DNA of 64,000 bases, from positions 144,490,551 to 144,554,550 of the forward strand of contig NC_068981.1 of assembly GCF_001194135.2 (NCBI RefSeq), written 5' to 3'. The notes under the pieces were generated by a model that saw only the letters and a program-made list of their open reading frames with translations, did no database searches and was not told the DNA's origin. A program made the translations under genes and the position numbers. Shown here piece after piece: positions 12,831 to 23,458 of this stretch (within the stretch, counting starts at the first letter, position 1; the number at the start of each line of letters is the position of its first letter). Source of the stretch: Octopus bimaculoides. Taxonomy: Eukaryota.

Positions 12831-14271
12831 ACCAGTAATTTCATCTGAAGTGTTTTCAATTTTGAACGTTGATTTAATTGTAGCCTGATTTACTTTCCCT
12901 CAAAGTAAATGTTTTACATAACAATTTGGGTGATTACAGGCAATCAGTATTACACCTAAATAAATGAATAATAAATGAGCAAGTAACAATCATCATTATA
13001 AAGTATTGAATGCACAAGTTTAAAAATGGAAAGTAACTGAAATTTAGAAAAATTAAATGTTCAAATTTAAGCCAGCTTTATTTAAAAGTATTTGTAAAGT
13101 CAGTTGTGTTCAGGTGTTTTGAAAATATGCATAAAATATGTGAATTAAAGTTTTACTCTTATCACCAGATTGATAATATTTGGTAATATTGCTGTTATGA
13201 AAAAGGAGAATACAATAATCGCACATTTTATAGGAAAATGGCAGATTATTGAAACTGCATGGTTATTAACTTCGTCAAATATGCCTCATATTTTAGAATA
13301 GCTGAAAAAAGGCTCGGTTGAATAGAAGCAAATTTTGTTTAGTTCCTGGAATACAGATAATCTGACTGGTGCACTGTCTTTGATACTTTGTATGTAACTT
13401 GTAAAAGAAACAGAAACTGCAAAGGTTTGAGGGCTTAAAGATGTTCCAACGAAACGAAGCGCTGTGCATAATGATTTGTCTAAGAACATACGGCTTTTAA
13501 AAGCTAATGAAACGGCTATGGCTTGTGACAATAAAAACATTACTTGCGGCAGATAGTTTGACTGGGTAAGTAAGCCTTGCAGTACTCACTCTATTATAAC
13601 ATGATTCGCTGTAAACCTCAGTCAATATAGTAGCAATTATTGGCATAATAAACCGTCGAAGGTATGCGTAATATATATAATCACTTCAAATGTTTGTAGC
13701 ATAAACCTGTTACATCCAACAAAATATATTTAAGTTTAGGTAGAACCCTTTTTAGTATATTCTACTTTGTGATAGTGACACCCAGTTGCTATTCTTGCGA
13801 GGCGAATACTGAAACCCTTACACTGAAGTGAGTGGTTTTGCCGTCCTGTCGAGGCACGTGCTACTGTTATTCTAACAAGTACCACAATTATTCTACCCAG
13901 AGAAGAGACATCGAGGCGATACATTTTAAAACGTGAAATATCCAGGTAAGAGCTGAACAGTTAGGAATTTTAAAATCATTTTATAACGACGATAATATCA
14001 TAATTAATTTATGTACCACACAGCCTGTTATTAGATCAATTCGTTTATTGAGTAATCACTTAATAACACCAATTCGTCTCTCCAATCTGAATCATGACAT
14101 TTAACGGCATGCAATTTTTCTAAGGAATGTTGTAATTATTGTTATTACTCAGAGACGCAGCCACTTATACCTGCCCTCTCTCTCTCTCTCTCTCTCTCTC
14201 TTTATCTCTCACTCCCTTTCTCTCTCTTCCCTCTCTCTTTCTCTCTCATATGTTATCATTATTAATATCTA

Positions 14272-14478
14272 GAGCAGTGAGTTCGCTGTATCGTTATTAC
14301 GTCGAGCAAAATACTTCGCGGCATTTCATCTGAGTTCGATTTCCACAAAGGTCAACTTTGCTTTTCCACCTTTCACGGTCGATAAAATAAAATATCAGTC
14401 AGGTGCTGGGAGTTGATATATCGAAGAACCGAAGCCCCTAAAATTGCTGGCTTTGTGCTAAAATTTGAAACCATTATT
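14272..14478 (+). mobile_element. SINE family B copy (diverged)
   Basis: TCTGAGTTCGATTTCC...GGTCAACTTTGCTTTTCCACCTTTCACGGTCGATAAAATAAA...TTTGAAACCATTATTATT. Confidence 0.75.
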
Positions 14479-14692
14479 ATTCTTTTCTACTCTAAGTACA
14501 AAGCCCGAAAGTTTTCGGGAGAGACCAAGTCGATTAGATCGATCCAGTTCGTAACTGTTATTTAATTTATCAACCCCGCAAGGATGAAAGACAAAGTCGA
14601 CCTCGGCGGAATTTGAACTCAGAACATAAAGGCAAACGAAATACCGATAAACATTTCGCCCGTCGTGCTAACGTTTCTGCCAGCTCGCCGCC
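14479..14692 (-). mobile_element. SINE family B copy (tRNA-derived; central domain resembles MetaSINE/Sauria-type core)
   Basis: Reverse complement reads GGCGGCGAGCTGGCAGAAACGTTAGC...GTTCTGAGTTCAAATTCCGCCGAGGTCGACTTTGTCTTTCATCCTT, with A-box and B-box-like motifs. Confidence 0.88.
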
Positions 14693-14695
14693 TTT

Positions 14696-14728
14696 AAAAT
14701 TAAAATTAAAATTAAAATTAAAATTAAA

Positions 14729-14784
<56 letters not shown>

Positions 14785-14802
14785 TACTATTACTATTACT
14801 AT

Positions 14803-14899
<97 letters not shown>

Positions 14900-14918
14900 T
14901 ATATATATATATATATAT
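14696..14918. repeat. Compound microsatellite (TAAAAT)n-(TAT)n-(TACTAT)n-(TAC)n-(TAT)n-(AAT)n-(AT)n
   Basis: Directly visible. Confidence 0.97.
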
Positions 14919-16089
14919 GCGCATAGGTCTGCGGCATTATTATGGGGATGATTACATGGAAATAGCTTCGTGTGGATCTCTGCAATCACTTGTTTATTCA
15001 CATATGAAAATTTATACTTTTTCCTGAAGTTATTTTCACTTGGGTAGTTAAGAGAGTTTCAAACACTGATGGAAACTTGGTCGGTTGTAGACTCACAATT
15101 TTTACTTTATAGAAAACACTCATGTTCTGTGTACTGATTCATAACAGCCGTTGTCAGCTATATTTCTATTCATAAATATAATATTCATCATACAAGAAGT
15201 TTCTAAGAAAAATGAACTTACTTTTTTCTTTTCAAGCAAAAGTTGAAATCGATGATATTAATATTTGGTTGAGTATTAGAAGTGCGTAGTCGCTTGATTC
15301 AATTATTGAATCCTTTAGAAATTGTGACTGTTAGTATCAAAGATCATGCTTGAATAAATTCACATATTATAGTTTAAAAAATTAATGGCAGAAAAAATAT
15401 GGTGAGTCGTCTTTCAAAGCCTTGGTTTTTCTATTAGTTTCATTTTTAATGTATCATGCGATTGTGTAGGAAATTACCTAGGTTACATATCATCTAATGC
15501 ATAACTTTCCTCTGGCTACGACATTTTCAAAAAATTTTACTACCACTTCATTTTGTTTATTCAGTAGATTTGGTTCGTAAACTTCTCAGCTTATATGTCT
15601 TTTTCACTATTTCATATTTTCTAATATTTTTACTGTTTACAGATTTCAGATATTATGTTAGATGCAAAAGAAAAGAGAAGTAAGGAAAAGAAATGAAGAG
15701 AGAAAGTAATACTTAATATTAAATCCAAATACAATTTCCGTTTACTCAAAATATTTCTACAACTTTGTAAAATCATATTTACATTTGAAAACACATAAAT
15801 AAACTCACAATCAGAGTATTTCGTAAAATCTATAACATAATGCAACATATCGTAATGTACTAATGTACTGTCATATTTATCGAATTAGGATGAATTTGTA
15901 TAACTCAATTTTATGACATAAAAAAAATTACAATAAACAATTTCGTTAAATTATTCATCATAAGTCTTTATTATCTCAACTATCTTCTGTAGCTTAATAC
16001 GTGGACTTAATATTTTTGTATGTAATATATGTATTATGCATTTAATATTAAATATCTAATATACTTTGAAATAGATGTTTATTTATATT

Positions 16090-16303
16090 CTTTTCTAATC
16101 TAGGCACATGGTCTGAAAATTGGGGGAGGGGGCCAGGCGATTAGATCGACTCCAGTAGGCAACTGGTACTTAATTCATCGACCCCGAAAGGATGAAAGGC
16201 AAAGTCGACCTCGGCAGAATTTGAACTCAGAACGTAAAGACAGGCGAAATACCGCTAAGCATTTCGCCCAGCGTGCTAACGTTTCTGTTAGCTCGCTGCC
16301 TTC
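16090..16303 (-). mobile_element. Full-length SINE family B with 16-bp target-site duplication
   Basis: GATGTTTATTTATATT occurs at 16074-16089 and 16304-16319, flanking the SINE. Confidence 0.92.
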
Positions 16304-17361
16304 GATGTTTATTTATATTGATTTAAAAAATTCCTTTCTCATTTTGTTTTGGATCCATTTCTATAACTAAGAGAAATTATGTCCTATAAATGGAGAAATG
16401 TCTTTAAATCGAAATGAAATCATTGATCTTACTCTCTGGCTCCGTTCGTCCTATCAAATAAGACGGCTAAATAACATGGAAATCAACAAAAACATCAGCG
16501 CAATACTAATTTGTATTCCCAAAAGTAGCTATCTCAAATAGACAGTAAACAATTTCTTAAATCATTGAACTAATATATCAAAAAATAAGATAAAACAATG
16601 TTTAGAAATCAGTGCGGATTCTTGTCTTTTAAAGCAACTTAGCTATAACATCCGCACAACTTAATATATATTAGATCAGAAATTACATTTTCGTAATTAT
16701 ATTTTCGCAAAAGAAAAAAATGCGCTGAAGGGATAAATTGAGTTTTTAGGTTAAGCACGTTCTAGGTTTGTTTGAAATCTTGACTACAGAATTTTAATGA
16801 GTAATGATTTACGAAGGCATAAATATTCATTTACAAATTTTGAGAGTTTTATTTTCTATCAACGGATGGTGTTGAAACAGCTGAGAAATTTAAACACCGA
16901 ACTCGCTATCTTTCAAGTTATACACAGAAAATGAGCTTTTCTTAGGAATGAAAGTTAAGTAAAGATTCTTCAGTTATATAGTGATTCCATTACTTTTAAT
17001 GGAGAAACGCACCATCCAAGACAACATGATTTTATTAAGATGATGGAATACCTGAGATCATAACGTGTTGGTGGGGAATAAATGAAAAAGAATCTAATTT
17101 CCTGTTCAATATTACTCTTTCACATTTCTTCAAAGTCAATTTGTGCCATTAATTAGACAATCGATAAAATAAATATCAAATATCAATCTTATATTCAAAT
17201 CAATTAAATTAACTATAATCACTAACCAAATGTTTTTGACGTTATGCAACTGTAAGAAATCGCTAACTCAAGAGGTGTTCGTAGAAAGCCGAAATATTAG
17301 ACCGCTGTGGGGAATCAAATCATGTGATTGAATTTTGCTCTTCAATAGAAAGTTAAGGGAG

Positions 17362-17387
17362 ATGAAGAGCAAGAGCCCGAAACGTTA
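17362..17387 (+). ncRNA. Degenerate minimal hammerhead-like core
   Basis: ATGAAGA-GCAAGAGCCC-GAAAC-GTTA. One substitution in the CUGAAGA box, G...C closing pair present, GAAAC intact. Confidence 0.35.
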
Positions 17388-20050
17388 GTTTTCAGTCTTC
17401 ACGACAGTTGCATGAACTCCATTCCATAAACTCTTCCTTGCACAAGTTGGCGCTCACTAATTTCTTCGGATTTCAGATCTATTTTCAGATAGCAAATGTT
17501 CTGTGGTTATAGACATAACAGGAGATAATTCTGTTGGATATTAATATAGCAGAATATTTTTGTTCAAATGTACCGATTTTAACTTCACGCTGGTTTTCTA
17601 AGTATGCGTGTATGTGTGTATATATACATATAACAAGCTTACTCACAGTTTTTAACACTCAATTTTACATGTGTATTTGTCAACCCAAGGCTATGGTATA
17701 GAACACATGCTCAAAGTGTCATGCTATGAAATCAAGAAGGAAACTAGAGTAATTGTTTGCATTAACGTCGATGGTGGCAGTTTTATTCATCCCCTGTAAG
17801 TCTGGGGATTAGAATAGTGCTTAAATACTTCCTTGTTAAATACTTTGTAATGTGAATATATGTTTAGAAATGCTGCATGTATCTTATTAGAAGAATTCTT
17901 ACAGAGAAGAAGAATGAATTTAGGAACTATATATTTATTCACTGGTTGTCGATGAAACATAATCAAAATGTAGAAACTAATTGAATGAAATAATCTAAGC
18001 AAGAAAGTTCAAAAATATAGAAATAATAGCTAAATAGTAATGTGGCATAGAGAAATAGAAAGACATAGCAACAACGTGAGTGGCTCTTTTGTCTAATCGA
18101 CAAAGAAGCAAGGAGCAGGGCAAACAAACTGTTTTTATTAATGGAACGCTGGACATTCTAGAAATTTCCAAGAGAAACGCGAAGCTTCTTGAATAATTAA
18201 GAATTACTTCTCATGAAATATAATCTTCCGAGAAATTTACTAACACTTCTTGCAAGATTATATCATTCCATTATTTTAGCTACAGACAACAAACTACTAC
18301 AACTTCCTTATTCTCGATAAAATAATAATTCTGGAGAGAATAGACGTTTAATAAGGGTTAATTTAATGAAGATATATATTGCAGTACTTTAATGTTGCGG
18401 AATTACTTTATTTTATGATCTAATAATTACCATTTTATATAATACAATTCACTTACAGAGAAGGCTTTTTTTTTCCCAAAAGCAGAAACTATTATGAGAA
18501 AAATATTTATGTGACATTTATCTTTATTAAACTTTCACCCTAACATCTGAGAAGAGTGATTCGAAAAATAGAAAGAGGATATGAGTTTATGTCATGTACG
18601 TAGACAAAGTAATTAACACTGAATAATTCCCGCTGCTAAGTCAATACTCTGTCCACTAAGAACAATGTACAATATAGACTGATCGATGAACTAGATATTT
18701 CCCCAGCAAGTGTAATATATAACATATTTACCTACTCAATACTTCAGCTTTTACATCTGCCATTTTTTTCTTCATATGGTATTAGTTTAAAAATCAAGAG
18801 GTGGATTGGTCATTATAGCAACTGACACAATGTCTTGCAATAATTATTCAGTCTCTTACATTCTGAATTCAAATTCCTCCGAGGTTAAATCTGTTTGTGC
18901 CTTTCACCAAAATGTAGCCATCAAATTTAGAGTTCGATATCATCGGCGTCTAAATTGTTCCGAAATGCAACGAACTATCACGTTACAGCTGGGCTCAAGT
19001 CCTTACACAACTATGAGACATCGACGACAGACGACTTGTTAGAAAACGCTACCGTTCCATCACTATTATTTATTTATAAGACAGCACACACATCCTGTCT
19101 TCACACTCAAAACTGTGAACGAGGATATTAATTAGTTAGCTAACTTTTTCCCCCCATTAAATTCAAATAACAATTATAAAAATAATGTGTTTAGAATCAA
19201 TACTATGAAGAAAACAATAAGCAGAAATAAACAAAGTAATGCTACATTTTCAGCGCAAAGATTTATCTCAGTCTGGTATAAAATAGAAAATCCTTTGTGG
19301 CAACGACTAGCAGGGCTGTTTGTTAGCTCATGGGGTACTTACCTCATTGTATTTCATGTTTTTTTTCTCCTCAAGCGTAACATTTTTATCTTTATTTTAT
19401 TGAAGGTTATCTACAGCGACCGACGCAAAAAGGAATCTGTACTAAAGTCATAAAGTTTAGAACAATTTAACAATTGTTCTCAAGATACTTTATTTATTTG
19501 CTTTGAGTAACTAACATCGAGATATCGGCTTTACAACATAGCTGGTTTATTGCACAGTAACAAGATGTTACATATACTTTCTCAATTCAATAGTTTCTTC
19601 AGCACTTGAATGATTTATTTTCCCAGTCTCTCTCATGGGTGGTGATGACGTCATAGATTTCTTTACTGACGGAAAGATGTCCATTGTGATTATCTTATCG
19701 TTCGCTGTTCAAATACAATAGCATCAATATAACAAAATTCAACTGTTGGAACTATTTAGCCTCAGATTCAGCTCTGAATAAGCAGGTATTTGTTGACCAA
19801 AGTCATTACAACTGCGACCATTTAACATTGACCATTAATACGATAGAGAGGGTGTTTTAGCGACACTTGGGTGCGGTGTCTAGAAGTTAAGCAAACGTAA
19901 TGTCTGCCGCAAGAGAATTCTGAGTTCTAGTAACAAACGCCATAGAAAAAGTATTAAGCTTGTAATCTTCTGGTAAGCAAAACCTCTAACTTAGTTTTAA
20001 AACACAACCGAAGTCATTTAATTCATGTTACTAATATCATGAAGATCAAA

Positions 20051-20185
20051 GGCGGCGATGTGACAGAATCGCTAGCACTCAGGGCAAAATGCTTAGCGGC
20101 GTTTCATCTATCTTTACATTCTAAATTCTAATTCCACCGAGGTCGATTTCGAAATTATTGGGCTTATGCCACAATTTGAAACCGA
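20051..20185 (+). mobile_element. SINE family B, internally deleted
   Basis: GGCGGCGATGTGACAGAATCGCTAGCAC...GCTTAGCGGC...AATTCCACCGAGGTCGATTT. Confidence 0.75.
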
Positions 20186-20994
20186 TATATGTATGAACAT
20201 CACATCATCCAGTATTCTTTGTGTTCAATGAAAATGCATCAACATTAATTTAGCGCTTAGCCACAAGAAAACACATTTTAAGGTGGAGCGATCCCGGAAT
20301 GATGATAGTCCAAGTTTAACTTGATAAGATTTGAACTCAGGATGTAACGAACCATATATAATTAGAACTCGAATGACTCCACCTATTCACTATGCAAAAA
20401 TGTAGCAAATAGTGATAGCGATTTAATTTATTGCGTCTGTATGGAACTAAAAGATCGGATTACCATATGATGAATATATCTGCTAAAAATAGCTGCAAAA
20501 TATCACTCATATTACAGTCTACACCTCATAAAGTGCAGGACACATTAAATAATCTAGTCCGCATCCTGTTGATCATTGTTTTCCTCGTTCGGTACCGACT
20601 CGTGGTTAAATGACAATAATAAAAACCACAACTCCCCCTCCTTCTACGATATGTATTTTGGTTATTTCGTCTCATCAATAGAATTGTATGCTGTATACAC
20701 ACGCACATAGTTTATCGATCTTTGTGATATGAAAGTCAAAATCAAACTCAATAACGTAGACGAACGAAATTAAACTGTATAAGATATTTACTTCTCTACT
20801 CAAATATTTCTGCCAACTAGGTTGAACTAACAAAGAAATATTAAATTTTTAGATTGGCAGGAGGTCACGGATTTGGTGAGGAAGAAAGGCAAGGTATAGT
20901 TGACTAAATCGAATCCAGAGCATGCTATCATATAATCATTCCGAACACAGATAAACCCACAGAATAGATTATTGAATAAAAAGATATTTGTTTA

Positions 20995-21150
20995 GCCAAG
21001 GACAGCGAATTGACAGAATCTTTTGGTAGTAATTCTTGGCAGCATTCGTTCCAACTCAATGCGTTCTGAGTTCAAATCCCTCAAAGATAAACTTTGCATT
21101 TCGTCTTTCTTTCGTGGTTGATAAATAAAGTATCAGTTGAGTACTAAGTC
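20995..21150 (+). mobile_element. SINE family B (diverged)
   Basis: GTTCTGAGTTCAAATCCC...AACTTTGCATTTCGTC...GGTTGATAAATAAAGTATCAG. Confidence 0.7.
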
Positions 21151-21485
21151 GGTCCTTATTCCTTTGTATGTTAATTGAATCTCTAATTAAAAGGTGCAAA
21201 CTTCTTTTACTGTGTCACGCCAATTAGGCTGGGAATTATGTAAAGAATACATATGACCAAGGAATATGTTAATTTCAACTATAGGAATTTCATCGGATAC
21301 GTGCGTATAAACTATATTCGCCGGACATAACCGGTTTTTGTGTGTGTACATATATGTTTATACGTGTATGTAAACTGTATTGGACAATACTTGTACGTAC
21401 AAGTATACTTAGATGTACAGATATACATAGAAAGGAATAGATATGTAGGTGACGTGCGCACATATACAACTGATAGGTAAGTAGA

Positions 21486-22095
21486 TACGAGTTCTGTTCA
21501 ATAAGTATCCGGACTGTTGCCATAGTAACGAAGCTAAAGCAGGCAGAGTAAAGCCGCTTCGCACGCATTGACCTTGAACTATGTTGTGCGTTAGCACTAA
21601 GGTTTAACGTTCTACTTCACTTCCGAGTGGTACAGACGTTTCGAAGATGGCCCCAAAAATGTCGATATTGACGAACGCTCTGGGAGACTCGCAACCAGCC
21701 GAACTGAAAACAACACTGTATATGTCCGTACAGCAGTGAATGAAAATCGACGAATCACCATCCGTGATTTATCAGAGAATATGCAGATTTGTTACGGTTC
21801 AGTTCAGTCCATTATCACTGAAGATTTGGGTATGAGACGCTTATCGGCCAAGTTTGTGCCAAAACTCTTTCAGCTGACCAAAAGGACACTCGGGTTTCAG
21901 TTGCACAAGATCTTAATCGTGTCGAGAACGATGAAAACTATTTGAAATCTTTGCGTAGGCCTCTGAGTAGTTATCGCCAAACTTATGGCAAAATTTGATG
22001 CAGATTCTCTGCTCAACTTACTGTCATAGTCATTGCGACGTACACTCGCCACACATGTACCTTCCAAGCACTGCTGTAAACAGCGGAAGTGAGGT
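21486..22095 (+). mobile_element. Internally deleted mariner element: left TIR plus N-terminal HTH region
   Basis: TA-CGAGTTCTGTTCAATAAGTATCCGGACT TIR at 21486. EWYRRFEDG..DIDERSGR..TSRT..NENRRITIRDLSENMQICYGSVQSIITEDLGMRRLSAKFVPKL. No DDD domain or right TIR was seen. Confidence 0.85.
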
Positions 22096-22112
22096 GAACA
22101 TTACTTAAATTT

Positions 22113-22228
22113 GTTGAAGAGCGAAGACTCGGAACGTAAAAGACTCTTTCCTTTTCCCGAGCGTCAAACTAATACACTAGCTTGTTATTCATACGCCTGC
22201 CTTCGTCTTTTGTTTTTCTATAAATTTC

Positions 22229-22231
<3 letters not shown>
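22113..22231 (+). mobile_element. Probable PLE pseudo-LTR 3' end with degenerate hammerhead core, ending in (TA)n
   Basis: TTGAAGA-GCGAAGACTC-GGAAC-GTA at 22114-22138, then a T-rich tail running directly into the TA microsatellite. Confidence 0.45.
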
Positions 22232-22263
<32 letters not shown>

Positions 22264-22421
22264 CATGCATATAAGAGGGGTGTCCACTAAGTGGACATCC
22301 CTTTTGCTAGAAGACCACCTACAGTCTGACCATTGCGAAAAGATTGTTCTCAAGAAAATTCAGCAAAGACCAGAATGTAAGCGAGCAAGACAAATGAAAA
22401 GATACAAAATATAAAAAAATT

Positions 22422-22493
22422 ATCATAGACCGGTTTCGTTGTTAACTACTTACGTAATTACTTACGTAATTGTCTGCAGATCTTCAGTATGAT
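22422..22493 (-). ncRNA. Type I hammerhead ribozyme, copy 1
   Basis: AUCAUA-CUGAAGA-[43 nt]-GAAA-CCG-GUC-UAUGAU. It has a 6-bp stem I, both core boxes, a GUC cleavage triplet and palindromic stem III ACCGGU. The stem II closing G is mutated. Confidence 0.85.
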
Positions 22494-22601
22494 CGTCTTT
22501 TGCAATATAATTTGCATAACCGTACGCGAGACATCCGCATGAGATTGAACATGTACTTAGTTCTACCAATTACATTTGGGGTAATGCTTCAAAATCTTCG
22601 T

Positions 22602-22615
22602 TTTGGCGCGCCAAA
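22602..22615. promoter_or_regulatory. Perfect 14-bp palindrome matching a double E2F site
   Basis: TTTGGCGCGCCAAA; the E2F consensus TTTSSCGC is met on both strands. Function is inferred only. Confidence 0.3.
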
Positions 22616-22938
22616 TACCGGAAATAATTCTGCAGAAATAATTCTCTGCAGTGAATTTTGCCGGTTCGAGAACAGTTATTTAAATTTAAATAATAAGGGT
22701 GAAAAATTGAATATTAATTTGATTAACATCAATTTAAAACCAGTGGCCTAGCAAATTCTGAAAACTTATATTACATACATATGAGAGGGATGACCACTAA
22801 GTGGACATCCCTTTTGCTAGAAAAAGGCCACCTACGGTCTGACCACTAAGAAAAGATTGCAATTGGTAGAACTATACACATGTTCAACCAAATGCGGACG
22901 TCCCGTGTATAGTTCTGTAATTTATATTGCAAAGGACG

Positions 22939-23010
22939 ATCGTACTGAAGAGTTACAGACAATTACGTAAGTAATTACGTAAGTAGTTAACAACGAAACC
23001 GATCAATGAT
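22939..23010 (+). ncRNA. Type I hammerhead ribozyme, copy 2
   Basis: AUCGUA-CUGAAGA-GUU[..]AAC-GAAA-CCG-AUC-AAUGAU. Stem II closure is intact; stem III and stem I are mutated. 6 differences from copy 1 in 72 nt. Confidence 0.8.
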
Positions 23011-23306
23011 TATTTCTTTATATTTTGTATCTTTTAATTCTTTGTATTTTGTATCTTTTCATTTGTCTTGCTTGCTTACATTCTGGTATTTGCTGAATTT
23101 TTTTGAGAACAATCTTTTCTTAGTGGTCAGACCGTAGGTGGTCTTAATCTAGCAAAAGGGATGTCCACTTAGTGGTCATCTCTCTTATATGTATGTAATA
23201 TAAATTTTCTGAATCTTCAGATTTTTCAATTTGTTAGGCCACTGGTTTTAAATTGATACTAATCAAATTAATATTCAAATTTTTCACCCTTATTATTTAA
23301 ATATAT

Positions 23307-23458
23307 ATATATTTATTTATTTATATTAAGGGCATTACTATACACATTTCCTCGCGTTCGGTACTATGTGTTTATTATGGTAGTTTTGACTTTAAGAGTC
23401 CCTCCTAGGTGAGGCATTTACGCATAGTAATGCCCTTAATATAAATAAATAAATATAT
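23307..23458. repeat. 152-bp fold-back element with 35-bp perfect terminal inverted repeats
   Basis: ATATATTTATTTATTTATATTAAGGGCATTACTAT (23307-23341) is the exact reverse complement of 23424-23458. Confidence 0.9.

Larger units (their letters stand above)
22261..23302. mobile_element. Tandem plus inverted hammerhead-bearing non-coding element (PLE pseudo-LTR/retrozyme-like)
   Basis: The minus strand from 22860 to 22261 reads blocks B-C-D-A-B (GTGGACATCC at 22281 and 22801, period about 515-520 bp). The plus strand 22861-23302 reads A-B-C. (TA)n flanks both sides. Confidence 0.85.

Noticed and set aside
13286-13560. 84-aa minus ORF with faint PKD/Ig-like beta pattern
   Set aside because: No convincing donor or diagnostic residues; length is within chance range here.
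19339-19442. Apparent ~100-nt minus exon with good donor GAG|gtaagt
   Set aside because: All three frames contain a stop.
22470-22751. 93-aa plus ORF inside the hammerhead element
   Set aside because: It is antisense to the ribozyme unit, crosses block boundaries and has no recognisable domain.
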